A DNA stretch of 64,000 nt, taken from assembly GCA_964016885.1 (NCBI GenBank), contig OZ024745.1, forward strand, positions 131,812,001 to 131,876,000, given 5' to 3'. Shown here piece after piece: positions 49,437 to 63,305 of the stretch; position 1 is the stretch's first letter, and each line of letters begins with the position of its first letter. The translations under genes and the position numbers were made by a program. The notes under the pieces are model-generated. The model made no database searches. It was given only the letters and a program-made list of their open reading frames with translations, and was not told where the DNA came from. The DNA comes from Eledone cirrhosa. Taxonomy: Eukaryota.

Positions 49437-51895
49437 TCTAAACTATAATAAAGGAGGGACTGCGTACGGTTTATTTTTTTTTATCCCTTTAGTAAAATAA
49501 GTTGGATTACTTTGAATAAAATATGAATGAATATTACATAATTTATCTACTAAATTTCGTAAACAAAATAATATCGTAAAAATAAATAATTTAAAATTGA
49601 CTTCTTTTCAAAGTTGCACTTCCGCTATATCGTTGCCACCACCACCACATATATAGAAAGAGAGAGTGTGCGATGTCAACACTTCCGGTAGCGATCACTT
49701 AAATAAACATACTAATTTTCTCCTAATGCAGTTTATATATAACTAGCAGAGGTACCTGGCATTGCTCGGATATTAAATAGCAGTTGTGTATACCATTTAT
49801 GTCAATACTTCAGTGCTGCTTCAAAAACTATACTTTTACAAAATCATCAGCTTTTTCCAAAAGGGGATTCCTTCCCCCAGGGGTCCCCTACCCAACATGT
49901 GCCAATTCTGAGAGTTAACATTCATCTGTAGGACAAACGTAGCCCATGTGTCAAGTTTTATGAAAATCGGTTGCGAACTCCAGAAGTTATGACGTTTTGT
50001 TGCATTGCACTGCAGTGCTTCAGTCGACTCCAAGAAAGCAGTTAAAGTGGTTAAAGGGGTTATCTGCCGGGGGCCCTATAATCAATATCTGGAAAAATGA
50101 CAGTGCCCATGACCATCCGGAGTACATAAGTAACCTATGTCTTAAGTTTGGTGAAAATACTGTAGAAATGCATAAGGTTTATACATACGCGCGTGTGTAT
50201 GTGTGTGTGTGTGGGTGTGTGTGTGTGTGTGTGTATGTGTGTGTGGCTGTGTATGTATTTGTGTGTGCGTATGTATGTGTATGTCCGTCGGGGCATACGT
50301 ATGTACTGGCCTAAATTTTCACTATTTCCTTTTACTATTTTAATAACCTCTGTCATTTTCGTTTTCAATTTTATTTACATCATTCTTAAACTCCGGGGCT
50401 GGAAATCATTCTATTATTTTAAATAGAATATTAGTCTAACGACTCCATTTATACCATAAACTTGGTCTTGTCTTTGGTATGAAATTGTTCTTTACGCTCC
50501 ACATAACGACGTATTATCCTCGCTTTTTTCCTGTTCATTGCCAGGGAACGTCTTCACGAACCAAAATATTATCTTCCTGTTTTCGTTCGGTTGCAACATT
50601 TCTCGAAATATTTACTTCTGCGTTCACAGATTATTCTCAGTTCAATTTGAATGGGAAATTCCTGTTTCATCGATTTTCTCCGTAACCATGGAAGCTTGTA
50701 GCTTGAAAGTCGACCCAACGCCTCCTCGGGTCATTCTGCATAACTGTGTAAATTTTCGCTGCATTCCACCAAGCCGTTTCGACGTTTATCCGACTACACC
50801 TACATATACAACGTCCGACCACTTCCAATTTATATAGTAGATTTGTTTATATATGAATGACAAAAAGAAAAGTACAAAACTATACATGAATTGTTTCTAC
50901 TAAACCTTCAATTTAAGACACAACCTACATATTTGATAGGACTCCAGCTCACACCTTCTTCTTTTGCTCCCCCTGGAACATTGGGCTGCGAGCCACCCCC
51001 ACACAACGCCATGTTCTGAGTCTGCTTTTCAACTCCACCGTGATGCACGGTGCGTCATGGTGTATCTAACCATTCTTTTTAGGTCTTACTACGGCTGATT
51101 TCTTCCAGAGAGAAAGAAAGAGATGGAAAAAGGCAGAGAAGATTCATCCCCGGGGGAATAATAAAACATGTTTACACTGCACATTTCATTGTTTCAAAGC
51201 TAAAGCTGCCGATCCAAAATCAGTAATTCAACTCCCTGAAAACTTTCAAATATATGGTGTTCTAGCATGAATATTATGCTAAGGAAGACTGTTCCACAAA
51301 GTAAGATTTACTTGCATATCCCCGCTCATATAAACACAAATACATGCATACATGCATTACAGTTGATATTTTTTTTTATTAAAGCGTTTTCATATTATAT
51401 ATATATATATATATAGTGACGAAACATAAGTCAATTGCATGAACTCATAATCCTTTATTTACTGCTTTATTTGTATGAAATTGTAAATAAGACAAAAGTA
51501 TTAGAACAGGGGGAAATAACTCACCGAACGCAATAGTAAATAGACCGTTTTTGGGCCCCAGGGACCACATTTTTCAAGTTAGAGATTTGCTTCCTTGGCA
51601 CTTTTTACATAGGTGTGTAAATTTTCATGTCCGTCCGACCAACTGTGCACAACTGAATTTCAACCACCACCCATTTCACAAATATATATTAGATATTTTT
51701 TTTTAATGTACCATGGATTACGTTACTGATTACATAAGACTGTGTAACAACGTCTTCGTTCAATTTCTGTGTATATTGTCAATTACGGTGTTATTTGATG
51801 TATCATATCTACATGTATATATACTTGCGTATAATATCAATATACACACTACACATGCTAGCAGAAAACCACCCCAATAGTGGTTTTTCTGCTAG
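49437..51895 (+). mobile_element. Helitron-derived outer element split by nested insertions
   Basis: A|TCTAAACTATAATAAAGG 5' end and TTTTTCTGCTAG|T 3' end; both halves homologous to 38681-39147. Confidence 0.5.
49743..50841 (-). mobile_element. complete non-autonomous Helitron (~1.1 kb)
   Basis: Minus strand: A|TCTACTATATAAA ... CCGAGCAATGCCAGG-TACCTCTG-CTAG|T; no TSD; internal (GT)n. Confidence 0.8.
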
Positions 51896-51954
51896 TACTC
51901 TGGTTAGTTTCTAATGGAAAAGTTTGGATACTGTGCTGCAATTATTATATAAAT

Positions 51955-52061
51955 TACTACCACCACCAATACCACCACCACTACTACTACCACCACCACC
52001 ACCACGAGAGACACCACCACTAATACTACCACCACCACCACCACCAATACTACCACCACCG

Positions 52062-52101
<40 letters not shown>

Positions 52102-52390
52102 CACCACCACCACCACCACCACCAATACTACTACCACCACTGCTACTACTACTACTACTACCACCACCACCACGACAGACACCACCACCACTGCCACCGC
52201 CAATACTACCACCACCGCTGCTACTACTACTACCAACACCATCACAACTACTACTACCACCACCACTATCGCCACCACCAATACTACCACCACTGCTGCT
52301 ACTACTACTACTACTACCAGTACCATCACAACTACTACTACCACCACCACCACCACCACCACCAATACTACCACCACCACTGCTACTACA

Positions 52391-52425
<35 letters not shown>

Positions 52426-52516
52426 CACCACCACCACCACCATGACAGACACCACCACCAATACTACCACTACCACTGCTACTACTACTACTACCAGCAC
52501 AACTATTATTATTATT
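51955..52516. repeat. (ACC/ACT)n triplet repeat
   Basis: direct reading. Confidence 0.95.
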
Positions 52517-53809
52517 AGCGAAGACATACTCAAAATTAATAACTTGACAACATCTCTTGTAATAATAACATTCATTGAAACAAACCAAAACCAACCAGAA
52601 ATATACATATTGTAATTTGCTTGAAGCAATATTAAATAAATGTAAAGAGGTATATTATAGTGCAACAGTTGAAAACAATGCTGGGAAAGCAATAATAGAA
52701 ATCATATGCGATATTGTGCTTACAAAAGGCCCTAATTTTGAATACAATATCACAGGGAAATGAAAAAATAGTAACACTAAAGATAGCTGTTATGACATAC
52801 ATTAGCAAATTGTAAACAGAAAATTGAAATCAGCCAATAAAAGGAACTTAAGAAGCAGGTTAAGCTTTTGTTTAAAATGTTTGATGAAGATTGGCTCTTT
52901 AATTCTTAAGTTGCTGACATTTCACTCAGTGGCTTTCATCATGACTGAATTTTCTCGGAAGACATTTGTCCAAGTGCAACTGACATCTCACATATTAATG
53001 TTCTTCAACACAAATACCAGCACAGACTGTACAAAATGAGGTAAAGTCTATATTGCTAGTACTATTTATTCACTATAATCATGTACCAGTGAACATCTAT
53101 ATATAATAACAGTACTATTAAACACTTCGCTCGTCCTGTAATGATTTAGCAGAAAATATCTAAAAATAAGTTTGTTAATTCAAAAACTTGTAGTATCTTT
53201 CCTAGTGGACAGACCATTGTAAAAATGTGCAGTAAACTAAAGTAAAGACTTTAATTTTTAATATGATGCAATCATAGTGCTGCTTTGTACTTTTCAAGGA
53301 TATCTTGCTAATGTAATTTCATGTGGTATAGGACGTTAAGAGTTAAATATGAAGGTCATAGGCTTTAGCAAGGCTACTGGCAGAAAATGTTTCTTTTTCA
53401 ATTGCTTATTGCAGTTTATTCCTTGAGATAGTGTGTTCATGATTAGAGACCTTTTCATTAAAATATGGAATAAAATTTTCTTTATTCCTTTACATATATT
53501 AGATGATCAAGTACATATTCCTAACAGCATAGTGAGTTAAATGTTGAATTAAATGTGTCGAAATGGTCAATGATCCTGCTTCTTTCACCTGTCATTGATG
53601 ACGCTTCTGGAAAAGGACGCACAAGTTTTCATTATCTTCTTCTTCTTCTTAAGAAGAGGATAATGAAAAGTGTTTATTCAAGGTGTTATGTCTTTTTAAC
53701 AAATCATACATCATCTTTGCCTGTGCTTGGTGATGATGATGATATATGAATTCTTACATAGCCATAAAACCAATAAAACCAGAGATTTATGGGAGTACAG
53801 AAATAGTAT

Positions 53810-54050
53810 GAGAGAGAGAGAGAGAGTGCAAGAGTGAGAGAAAAGAGAGAGAGAGAGTGCAAGAGTGAGAGAGAGAGAGTGCAAGAGTGAGAGAGAGAGA
53901 GAGTGCAAGAGTGAGAGAGAGAGAGTGCAAGAGTGAGAGAAAAGAGAGTGAAAGAGAGAGAAAAGAGAGAGAGAAAGAGTGAGAGAAAAGAGAGTGAAAG
54001 AGAGAGAAAAGAGAGAGAGAAAGAGTGAGAGAGAAAAGAGAGAGGAGAGA
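53810..54050. repeat. (GA)n-derived repeat
   Basis: direct reading. Confidence 0.9.
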
Positions 54051-55132
54051 AATAAGTAAGCCAATGAAGAGTTATTAATCATCAAAGCAATGTGACCCCC
54101 TACCAATTCCATAATTGCTGGCAGAAGCATTTGCCCATTATTCCAATATATATTTCATAATGTTGACTACATCACATTAATATTTTAACACCTGTCTTCT
54201 TCATGACTGCTAAAAGATAATTCTCTTCTTAGGTAGCAGACAGAAAAAGATTATCTTAAACTTTAACTTGAGAACTTGGGCATATATGTGTGTTTAATGA
54301 ACATTCATTTAACCTCACTGTGAAAATAGACTCTGTGTTTAAAGCTCAGGGTTCTCTCAGCAAAAGGGACCTGAGGACAACTCAACTAATTTTCAATGAC
54401 TATTACTGGCTCATCAGGAGTGACCACTCATGTTTGGCATAAAGCAGCTTATAGCTTACTTACAAAGGATTCAATGAGTTAAAGGTGACAATTTTATATA
54501 TTTGCACATCAATACATGGTGACAAAATGAAGAATATGACTAGCATGTCATGACCTGCAGCAGCCAAATCAATGGTTTTCAAAATCAGCATTGCGATGGA
54601 CAGCACATGGCGTGAAATCTTTCAAGAGATACCTGAAGGCTGTCAATAGACCCTGGAAAAACATAACTCATAACTAATCAAATATGCATGAGATGGCTGA
54701 ACTGACTGGTATTCACTGAGAGAGAATATTAATAACTAAAGTAAAGCACTGACACAATGGTGTGGATAAATTGGGAATCCTATCTCTCAGCACTCTCAAA
54801 TCCTGCCAACATCCTTTCATCTTTTTAGGGTTGATAAAAGAAAAGATAGTAGCAGTAGTAGTAGCAGTTATTTCCATGAGGAACGGAAGAGATAGTAGTG
54901 GCAGTTATTGCCACAGATAGTGGGTGAGAGGATCTTTGTATTGCTGTGGTTTGATTGGTCTAAGAAGATAAGGTGATACGTGGGGGCAGGAGGGTGGGAA
55001 ATGGCGACGTAAATGAATGGGTCGGCATTTACAGGAGGCATGAAATAAATACATATGAGAGGATAGAGCTGTTGTTTATATAAATAATAAATTATAAACA
55101 GGGCTAATAGATGGTGTTCTAACTTTGAATTA

Positions 55133-55648
<516 letters not shown>

Positions 55649-56169
55649 AGCAGCAATGTTCAACAAGGTGTAGAGTTACTTGTTATAAATGAAATTTAAT
55701 TAACATTATTGCTACTCCTAAAATATTGTATTTGCTTCATATTCAGTGATGTGCAGAAGAGATAGGTGGCTGAACCTGTGCCATCTATTACATTAGGGGG
55801 AATAACAGTAAGATACATTTATGATAAATATTTTTACAAAATTCTCAAAGGTCTGCTTAATATTTGTAATATAAATTATATTTCCACTACAGTATAAGTA
55901 TTTGGGACTATATAGATCATTAAAAAAATGACATCATGGTCAAAAACTACTAATGTCACTATTATTTATTTACTGCTTTCAATCACTGGACTGTGACCAT
56001 AATGTGACACCTGCTTTTATAGGATATTGTCAATGACAGATCCATCAAAGGCTGAGAGGATCCAGGCAGAAATTTAAATAAGAACCTAAAAATATGTAAC
56101 CAAATATCACACAGCATTTTGTTTAAAGCTCTACAAAATCTGCCACAAACACACAAACTCTCTCTCTTT

Positions 56170-56179
56170 ATATACACAC

Positions 56180-56233
<54 letters not shown>

Positions 56234-56304
56234 TACACACCCACATTATATATATATATATATATATACATAGACACCCACATAATATATATATATACAC
56301 ACAC

Positions 56305-56388
<84 letters not shown>

Positions 56389-56470
56389 TATATATATATA
56401 TATATACACACACACATATATATATGTATATATATACGCACATTATATATATATATATATATACACACAC

Positions 56471-56514
<44 letters not shown>

Positions 56515-56539
56515 TTATATATATATATATATATATACA
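56170..56539. repeat. (TA)n-(CA)n-CAT compound minisatellite
   Basis: direct reading. Confidence 0.9.
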
Positions 56540-57012
56540 CAGTGTCCAAGTCTCAGACCCATACAGCAGCACAGACTCCACTACAGCAATGAAGAGGCGG
56601 ATTTTCAGGTCTCTACGAAGGTCCAAGAGACTCACTCAGATGGTGGATGGGTGCTACACGAGAATGCTGAGGATGGCTCTGAACATTAATCAGTATACAC
56701 TGAGGATGAAAAACTCAGAGCTGTATGGGAGCATCCCAAAAGTCAGCTCAAAAGTGACACAGAGGAGATTGAGGTTGGCTGGACATGCTCACCGACATCC
56801 AGAGTTGACATTGCACTCAGTGCTCCTTTGGGAGCCCCTACATGGACACACTAGAAGAGGAAGACCAAGGTTAACATATGTTGATGCCCTAAGGACAGAC
56901 ACTGGTCTGTTGGAGATGCAGGATATGGCAGCGATAATGAGGGACAGAGACCGCTGGAGAGAACTCGTCCATGGATCTTGGGAATTTAACCCACCTTAGA
57001 TAGATAGATAGA
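56540..57012 (+). mobile_element. RTE/RTEX-type LINE 3' end with 5' inversion
   Basis: Minus 56540-56624: [28 protein letters not shown]; plus 56623-56999: [20 protein letters not shown]...RRLRLAGH...GRPRLTYVD; (TAGA)n tail. Confidence 0.9.
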
Positions 57013-57039
57013 TATATACACACACACATTATATATATT

Positions 57040-57222
57040 GGATTGACAGTCTCGGTAGAGGGTCGGACGCCATGCTTTGACGCATAGAGTTACGGCCCTT
57101 GCCATTCTGAGTTCAAATCCCGCCGAGATTAACTTTGCCTTTCATCCTTACGGGGTTGATAAAATAAAGTACCAGTAATGCACTGGGTAATTGCTGGCCT
57201 TGTGCCAAACGTAGAAACAATT
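57040..57222 (+). mobile_element. Meta-domain-type SINE
   Basis: family motifs. Confidence 0.85.
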
Positions 57223-57310
57223 ATATATATATATACACACATTATATATATATATATACACACACATTATATATATATATATATACACACATTATATATA
57301 TATATATACA

Positions 57311-58695
57311 CAAAGAGGGCTTTTAATTCTGTGCCACACAAAAGACTTATGCCAAAACTCTCTACAATGGGTGTGAGAGATGATGTTTATAACTGGTTGA
57401 AGTTCTTCACTCTCAGTCGAAAAGAGGTAGTCACGGTTCTAGGACAGCATTTTCACCCTGAGATGACATCTGGTGTGCCACAAGGATCTGTTCTTGGCCC
57501 CCTTTTGTTTGTTAGATATATTAATGATATAGATGCCAACTTAACCCTTTAGTATTTAATCTGGCCATTTCTGACCAGAACTCTCTCACCTCTTTCAGTC
57601 AAATCAGCCGTATTTGGCCACTCATACCCACATTAAGGTACTGTTCTCAAAATAATAACATCAACATCTCACATATTCAATATTATGTGAGATAATTATG
57701 TAAGATAAAGCCTTTACTGTGAAAATACAATAATATATATAGAATAATGTAAATGCTAAAGAGTTAAAGAATGTCACAGTGCTGAAATATGCAGATGAAA
57801 TCAAACTGTACCTTGAGATAAAAAGGATAGATCTTGTACACTATAGATATTTCCTGCAATCAAACCTGGACACAATGCAGCAATGGATTACAAACTGGCA
57901 ACTCAAGCTGGCTGTGCACAATTGTACCATCCTGCATTTTGTGAGGAAAAACCCAGCTTTCACATACTCCCTCTACAACACCCATCTCAAGAAGTCAACA
58001 GCGATTTGTGTCAGACAAAGCACATCTCTAAAATTGTCAAGAAGGCCGAGGGTGTCTTAGCACACCTTTATCAGCCGTTCTCCAACTTTCTATTTAAAGC
58101 TATATATATCTATGGTGCGGCCACACTTAGAATTTGCATCACCAGTCTGGAACCCCTATCTTGCTCAAAATATTGATATGGAATCTGTTCAGAGATGTTC
58201 AACCAAGCAAGACATCTACCATACTCTGAACACCTTGCTTCCCTGGGCACTGATACTTGAAGCTCCATCTGGCAACTGACTTGGTAAATACTTCAAGATT
58301 ATTAACCATCTTGCCAACAACAACCCTGAGTACCTTTTTGAATTCCATGTGTCTAACACCCATGGACATGCTTTCAAAGTCAAAAAACAGCACAGCTCCC
58401 ATGACTTTCGGAAACATTTCTTCACGCTCAGAGTTGCTGAAGCATGGAACAAACTACCTGCATCATTTGTTAGCTGCCGAGACACTGCATCCTTTAAAAC
58501 CTCCATGCTTTCAGAAATCTGCCAACACTACACCTGATATTCCCCTCCGTACACACACATACATGTATTTGTGTGTATATCATGACTCATACACTGTTCA
58601 CTTTCCTGACATTTGTACATTATTCTATGTACTATACATGCACGTTTGATGAGGTGTAGTGCACCTGAGCATTGTACACAATCATTTCCATTATG
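57311..58695 (+). mobile_element. CR1-clade LINE, 5'-truncated reverse-transcriptase pseudogene
   Basis: AFNSVPH, SGVPQGSVLGPLLF..YIND, YADE, VRPHLEFASPVWNP, HGH...RKHFFTLRVAEAWNKLP; frameshifted. Confidence 0.92.
57545..57763. mobile_element. piggyBac-type MITE
   Basis: TTAA duplicated at 57541-57544 and 57764-57767; TIRs CCCTTTAGTATTTA / TAAATGCTAAAGAG; removal restores the RT frame (DANLKNVTVLKYADE). Confidence 0.9.
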
Positions 58696-59638
58696 AACAC
58701 ACGTGTGTGTATATCTATCTATCTATATTCATTCATCATCATTTTATGTCCGCTTTTACCTGCTTGCAAGGGTGGGACATATATATATATATTATTATTA
58801 TGACTTTCAGCTCAATGAAGAATCTTTTATTTTACTCCCATTTAGAGATCATCAGGAGCTGTCATTTATCTCAAAGCTACATTTTTGTATTTCTTAGATA
58901 ATTGTTAAAAAACAGCAGCCTCACTAGATGGGGTAAATTAAGAAGTTTAAATCATGTAAAAAACTCATTAAATAATCTTATGCTTCATGTGCATACATCA
59001 AAAATGAATTCAGTGCACAGATGGGGGTTGATGTGATTCAGGGAGTTATTTTAAATATGTAAATCTAGCTCTGTAGCGTGTGTGATGGCTGGGGGCTTGT
59101 GTTCTCCCTAACATTATATTTAATTTACTCATTCACTCCTGCACTCTCATGTTCTTTGACACACCCAATACCAAACTGCCTGAAACCACCCTAGATTCAT
59201 GACACAAAACTGTTCCTTTTAAAATCGTTATACTTATATAAATTCCTTCCAACATAATTATGTTTAACTTATTCATGACCACATTTCTAATAAAATACAC
59301 TCTATTTCAATTCATTAATGAAGAATTTCGAGGGATTTACTAAAATTATTAATTATTTCATTACTAACATACTAACTTAATGTAAGGTTCTTATATAAAA
59401 TTATGTTGGAAGATTCTAATATAAATTGGAAACCTTTATTTCACATTACTAGAGCCAGTTATGGCTGGTTTGGTAACTAAAGTGATAATAAATTTTTGTT
59501 AAGTAATATTCTAAATATCAGTTTATTAATGAAAAAGGTATTTCCTTATATTCCTCCAAAAAATTTAATTATTTTCAAAATTAATTGAAACAGTTTATTT
59601 CATTAGAGATATAATCACAATAGGGTTAATTTATTTAC

Positions 59639-59663
59639 CTTCCTGTTGCAGCAATTTTTACTC
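59639..59663 (-). other. candidate 25-nt microexon
   Basis: ttgctttccttgctctccttttcttattag|GAGTAAAAATTGCTGCAACAGGAAG|gtaaat; UGC motifs in the pyrimidine tract. Confidence 0.25.
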
Positions 59664-59699
59664 CTAATAAGAAAAGGAGAGCAAGGAAAGCAACAAATA

Positions 59700-61265
59700 C
59701 ACATAAGTAACTATTTTATGTTGCACTGAGTCACAGTACATGGCAGAAGGTACATGTTGATATAAAGTACTATATATTGCACTGAGTCACAGAACATGGC
59801 AGAAGGTACATGTTGACATAAAGTACTATATATTGCACTGAGTCACAGTACATGGCAGAAGGTACATGTTGACATAAAGTACTATATATTGCACTGAGTC
59901 ACAGTACATGGCAGAAGGTACATGTTGATATAAGTACTATATATTGCACTGAGTCACAGTACATGGCAGAAGGTACACGTTGACATAAGTACTATATATT
60001 GCACTGAGTCACAGTACATGGCAGAAGGTACATGTTGACATAAGTACTATATATATTGCACTGAGTCACAGTACATGGCAGAATGAGTCACAGTACATGG
60101 CAGAAGGTACATGTTGACATAAGTACTATATATTGCACTGAGTCACAGTACATGGCAGAAGGTACATGTTGACATAAGTACTATATATATTGCACTGAGT
60201 CACAGTACATGGCAGAAGGTACATGTTGATATAAGTACTATATATTGCACTGAGTCACAGTACATGGCAGAAGGTACATGTTGATATAAGTACTATATAT
60301 TGCACTGAGTCACAGTACATGGCAGAAGGTACATGTTGACATAAGTACTATATATTGCACTGAGTCACAGTACATGGCAGAAGGTACATGTTGACATAAG
60401 TACTATATATTGCACTGAGTCACAGTACATGGCAGAAGGTACATGTTGACATAAGTACTATATATTGCACTGAGTCACAGTACATGGCAGAAGGTACATG
60501 TTGACATAAGTACTATATATTGCACTGAGTCACAGTACATGGCAGAAGGTACATGTTGATATAAGTACTATATATTGCACTGAGTCACAGAACATGGCAG
60601 AAGGTACATGTTGACATAAAGTACTATATATTGCACTGAGTCACAGTACATGGCAGAAGGTACATGTTGACATAAAGTACTATATATTGCACTGAGTCAC
60701 AGTACATGGCAGAAGGTACATGTTGATATAAGTACTATATATTGCACTGAGTCACAGTACATGGCAGAAGGTACACATTGACATAAGTACTATATATTGC
60801 ACTGAGTCACAGTACATGGCAGAAGGTACATGTTGACATAAGTACTATATATATTGCACTGAGTCACAGTACATGGCAGAAGGTACATGTTGACATAAGT
60901 ACTATATATTGCACTGAGTCACAGTACATGGCAGAAGGTACATGTTGATATAAGTACTATATATTGCACTGAGTCACAGTACATGGCAGAAGGTACATGT
61001 TGACATAAGTACTATATATATTGCACTGAGTCACAGTACATGGCAGAAGGTACATGTTGATATAAGTACTATATATTGCACTGAGTCACAGTACATGGCA
61101 GAAGGTACATGTTGATATAAAGTACTATATATTGCACTGAGTCACAGTACATGGCAGAAGGTACATGTTGATATAAAGTACTATATATATTGCACTGAGT
61201 CACAGTACATGGCAGAAGGTACATGTTGATATAAAGGACTATATATATTGCACTGAGTCACAGTA
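59700..61265. repeat. 55-57-bp tandem array (~28 copies)
   Basis: unit TATTGCACTGAGTCACAGTACATGGCAGAAGGTACATGTTGA(C/T)ATAAGTACTATA. Confidence 0.97.
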
Positions 61266-61694
61266 TAACAGAACATGACAGAAGGTAGATGTGATGTGTA
61301 GGGTAACATACAAGCTGCTGTGATACAGCTAAGGCAGTAACAGAACACAGGCAGTGGATGAGACATGAAAGAGTGTATCAGGATAAATACATTTAATTTT
61401 AAAACAAACAAACTGTATATATGTCTTTGGATAAGTTATAATATATCAAGGATGTTTCAGTCTTAACACAAAATAAAACAACATTTTTTAAATACCTGCA
61501 GATGCTCTAGGAAATCTAGAATAGTTTAAATAAGATCAGAACCCAGGAGAGATAATCTATTATGTCATCATCATTTAACATCTATTTGCCATGGTTAGAT
61601 GGGTTGTCATGTTATGCAACATGTTAGGTTCGGAGACCATGTTAGGTTCATATGGATCTGTATTTTGGCTTGCTTCTACAGCTGGATGCCCTTG

Positions 61695-61729
<35 letters not shown>

Positions 61730-61731
<2 letters not shown>

Positions 61732-61900
61732 TTATACTTTGCTAGGGTCATGCTGCCAATAAAAACACATGTACCTGTTGGATTTCACTTCAATTTACTA
61801 TAAACTCCCAGTCGGTTAGTTTGATAACCAAATGGTTGTTTAGTTTTTGATTATGAAAGCTCTTTCATCACACATTCTGTGACCTCTTCAGTGACTACTT
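61730..61900 (-). mobile_element. decayed Penelope-like short element with hammerhead remnant
   Basis: Minus strand: AGTCA-CTGAAGA-GGTCACAGAATGTGTGAT-GAAA-GAGC-TT; the 3' strand of stem I is lost. Confidence 0.55.
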
Positions 61901-63014
61901 TTGTTGTTCTTTTATGTCTCTCCTTTGTTCTATGTACAGTCTGCTTTGTGGTAGTTGGCAATGTGGATTTCCTAATGTGGTACTCAGAAAAATGCTTGAC
62001 ATCAATATTTCAGCTAAACTCAGTAGGTATACACATATAGTATGGAGTTTATTCTTAAAGTACAATAACTATTCTTCTAAGTTTCAACACTTTCTTTGAA
62101 AGTTGCTTTCTCTTTGAAATTAGCAATAATTAGAATGCCATCGAAAAGTCACTTAAACCTGTTTAATTAATGCTGCAATATTCTGTTCCTTTCCATGTTT
62201 TTCCTTTTATATTGTTAAAAAAAACAACAAATTGTAGTAAGGCTGATCATTTTCCATTAATGATAATTATCTAGGAGACAGGCATAATATCGAGGTGAGG
62301 ATGTTGTGGAAACTTCAAAGCAGCCATAATTAATGAACGAAGCACAAAATAGCAAATTGGAAAAAAAAATAAAAATAAAAGGAAAGAAAAAGAAAAAAGA
62401 AAGCAAAATAACCCCCCCACCCACACAATATATATTTTTCATGAAATCTTATTAATTTCAATGAAGCATGACATCAATATCTTTGTGTTGCAATCAAATA
62501 GTTACAGAAGTTGAAGAAGCTTTGTGCTATTACATGCCTTTCTTCATAATTTTCTCCTCCATTTTGTTGTTCTTGTGGCTCTTTTGGATTCATTTTCCCA
62601 TTCTAAAAGAGGTGGGACAGATTTTGTAAATTTATAATTTACATATTGTTTGTTAGATAATGGGATCATTGATTTCTTTATTCTATTTCTTTTATAGCTG
62701 GATGTTCTCACTATCACTCAAGCACTGAATTATGAAGTATGCATAACACCACTTTTTGTCAGCCAAATAGACTGAGGTTAAATGAAGTGTTGCTATTTTT
62801 TTAGCTCCCAAATCAGCCCTGGTTGAGCAGACTTATTAGAAGCATTCCAGTTGGTGCACCTTGTAGTGTCAACGCATGTAAGCAAGATGAGCTCCCCCAC
62901 CGCCTCATCTGAGAGGTCAGTATCACTGATTAAGTACTGACATGGCTGGTGATGATGTCTCCATCCCTTGTTGGAGAAATCAATGCTAAACAATGATGTT
63001 ATTGTTATACATAT

Positions 63015-63305
63015 ATGGCTATGTGGTTGAGTTCCCTTCCACAATGTGGCTCCTTGGCTAAGTGTCTTCTACTATAGCCTTGGGTTGCTCAATGCTTTGC
63101 ATGTGGAATTTGGTAGATAGAAACTACATGGAAGCCCATCATGCGTGAGTGTTTAATGTTTGTTTTTCTCTCATAACTTAGCAGTTTGACAAAAAAGATC
63201 AATAAAATAAGTACTACAGTTGAAAAAATATGTACTTGAGTGAGATATCGACTAAATTAAATTCCCTCAAGATGATGCCCAACATGGCTACAGAATAATG
63301 ACAAA
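63015..63305 (+). mobile_element. old CORE-type SINE
   Basis: CCTTGGCTAAGTGTCTTCTACTATAGCCTTGGG...TTTGGTAGATAGAAACT. Confidence 0.6.

Noticed and set aside
57311-58695. Functional reverse transcriptase gene
   Set aside because: 5'-truncated, frameshifted, MITE-interrupted, and YADD is changed to YADE
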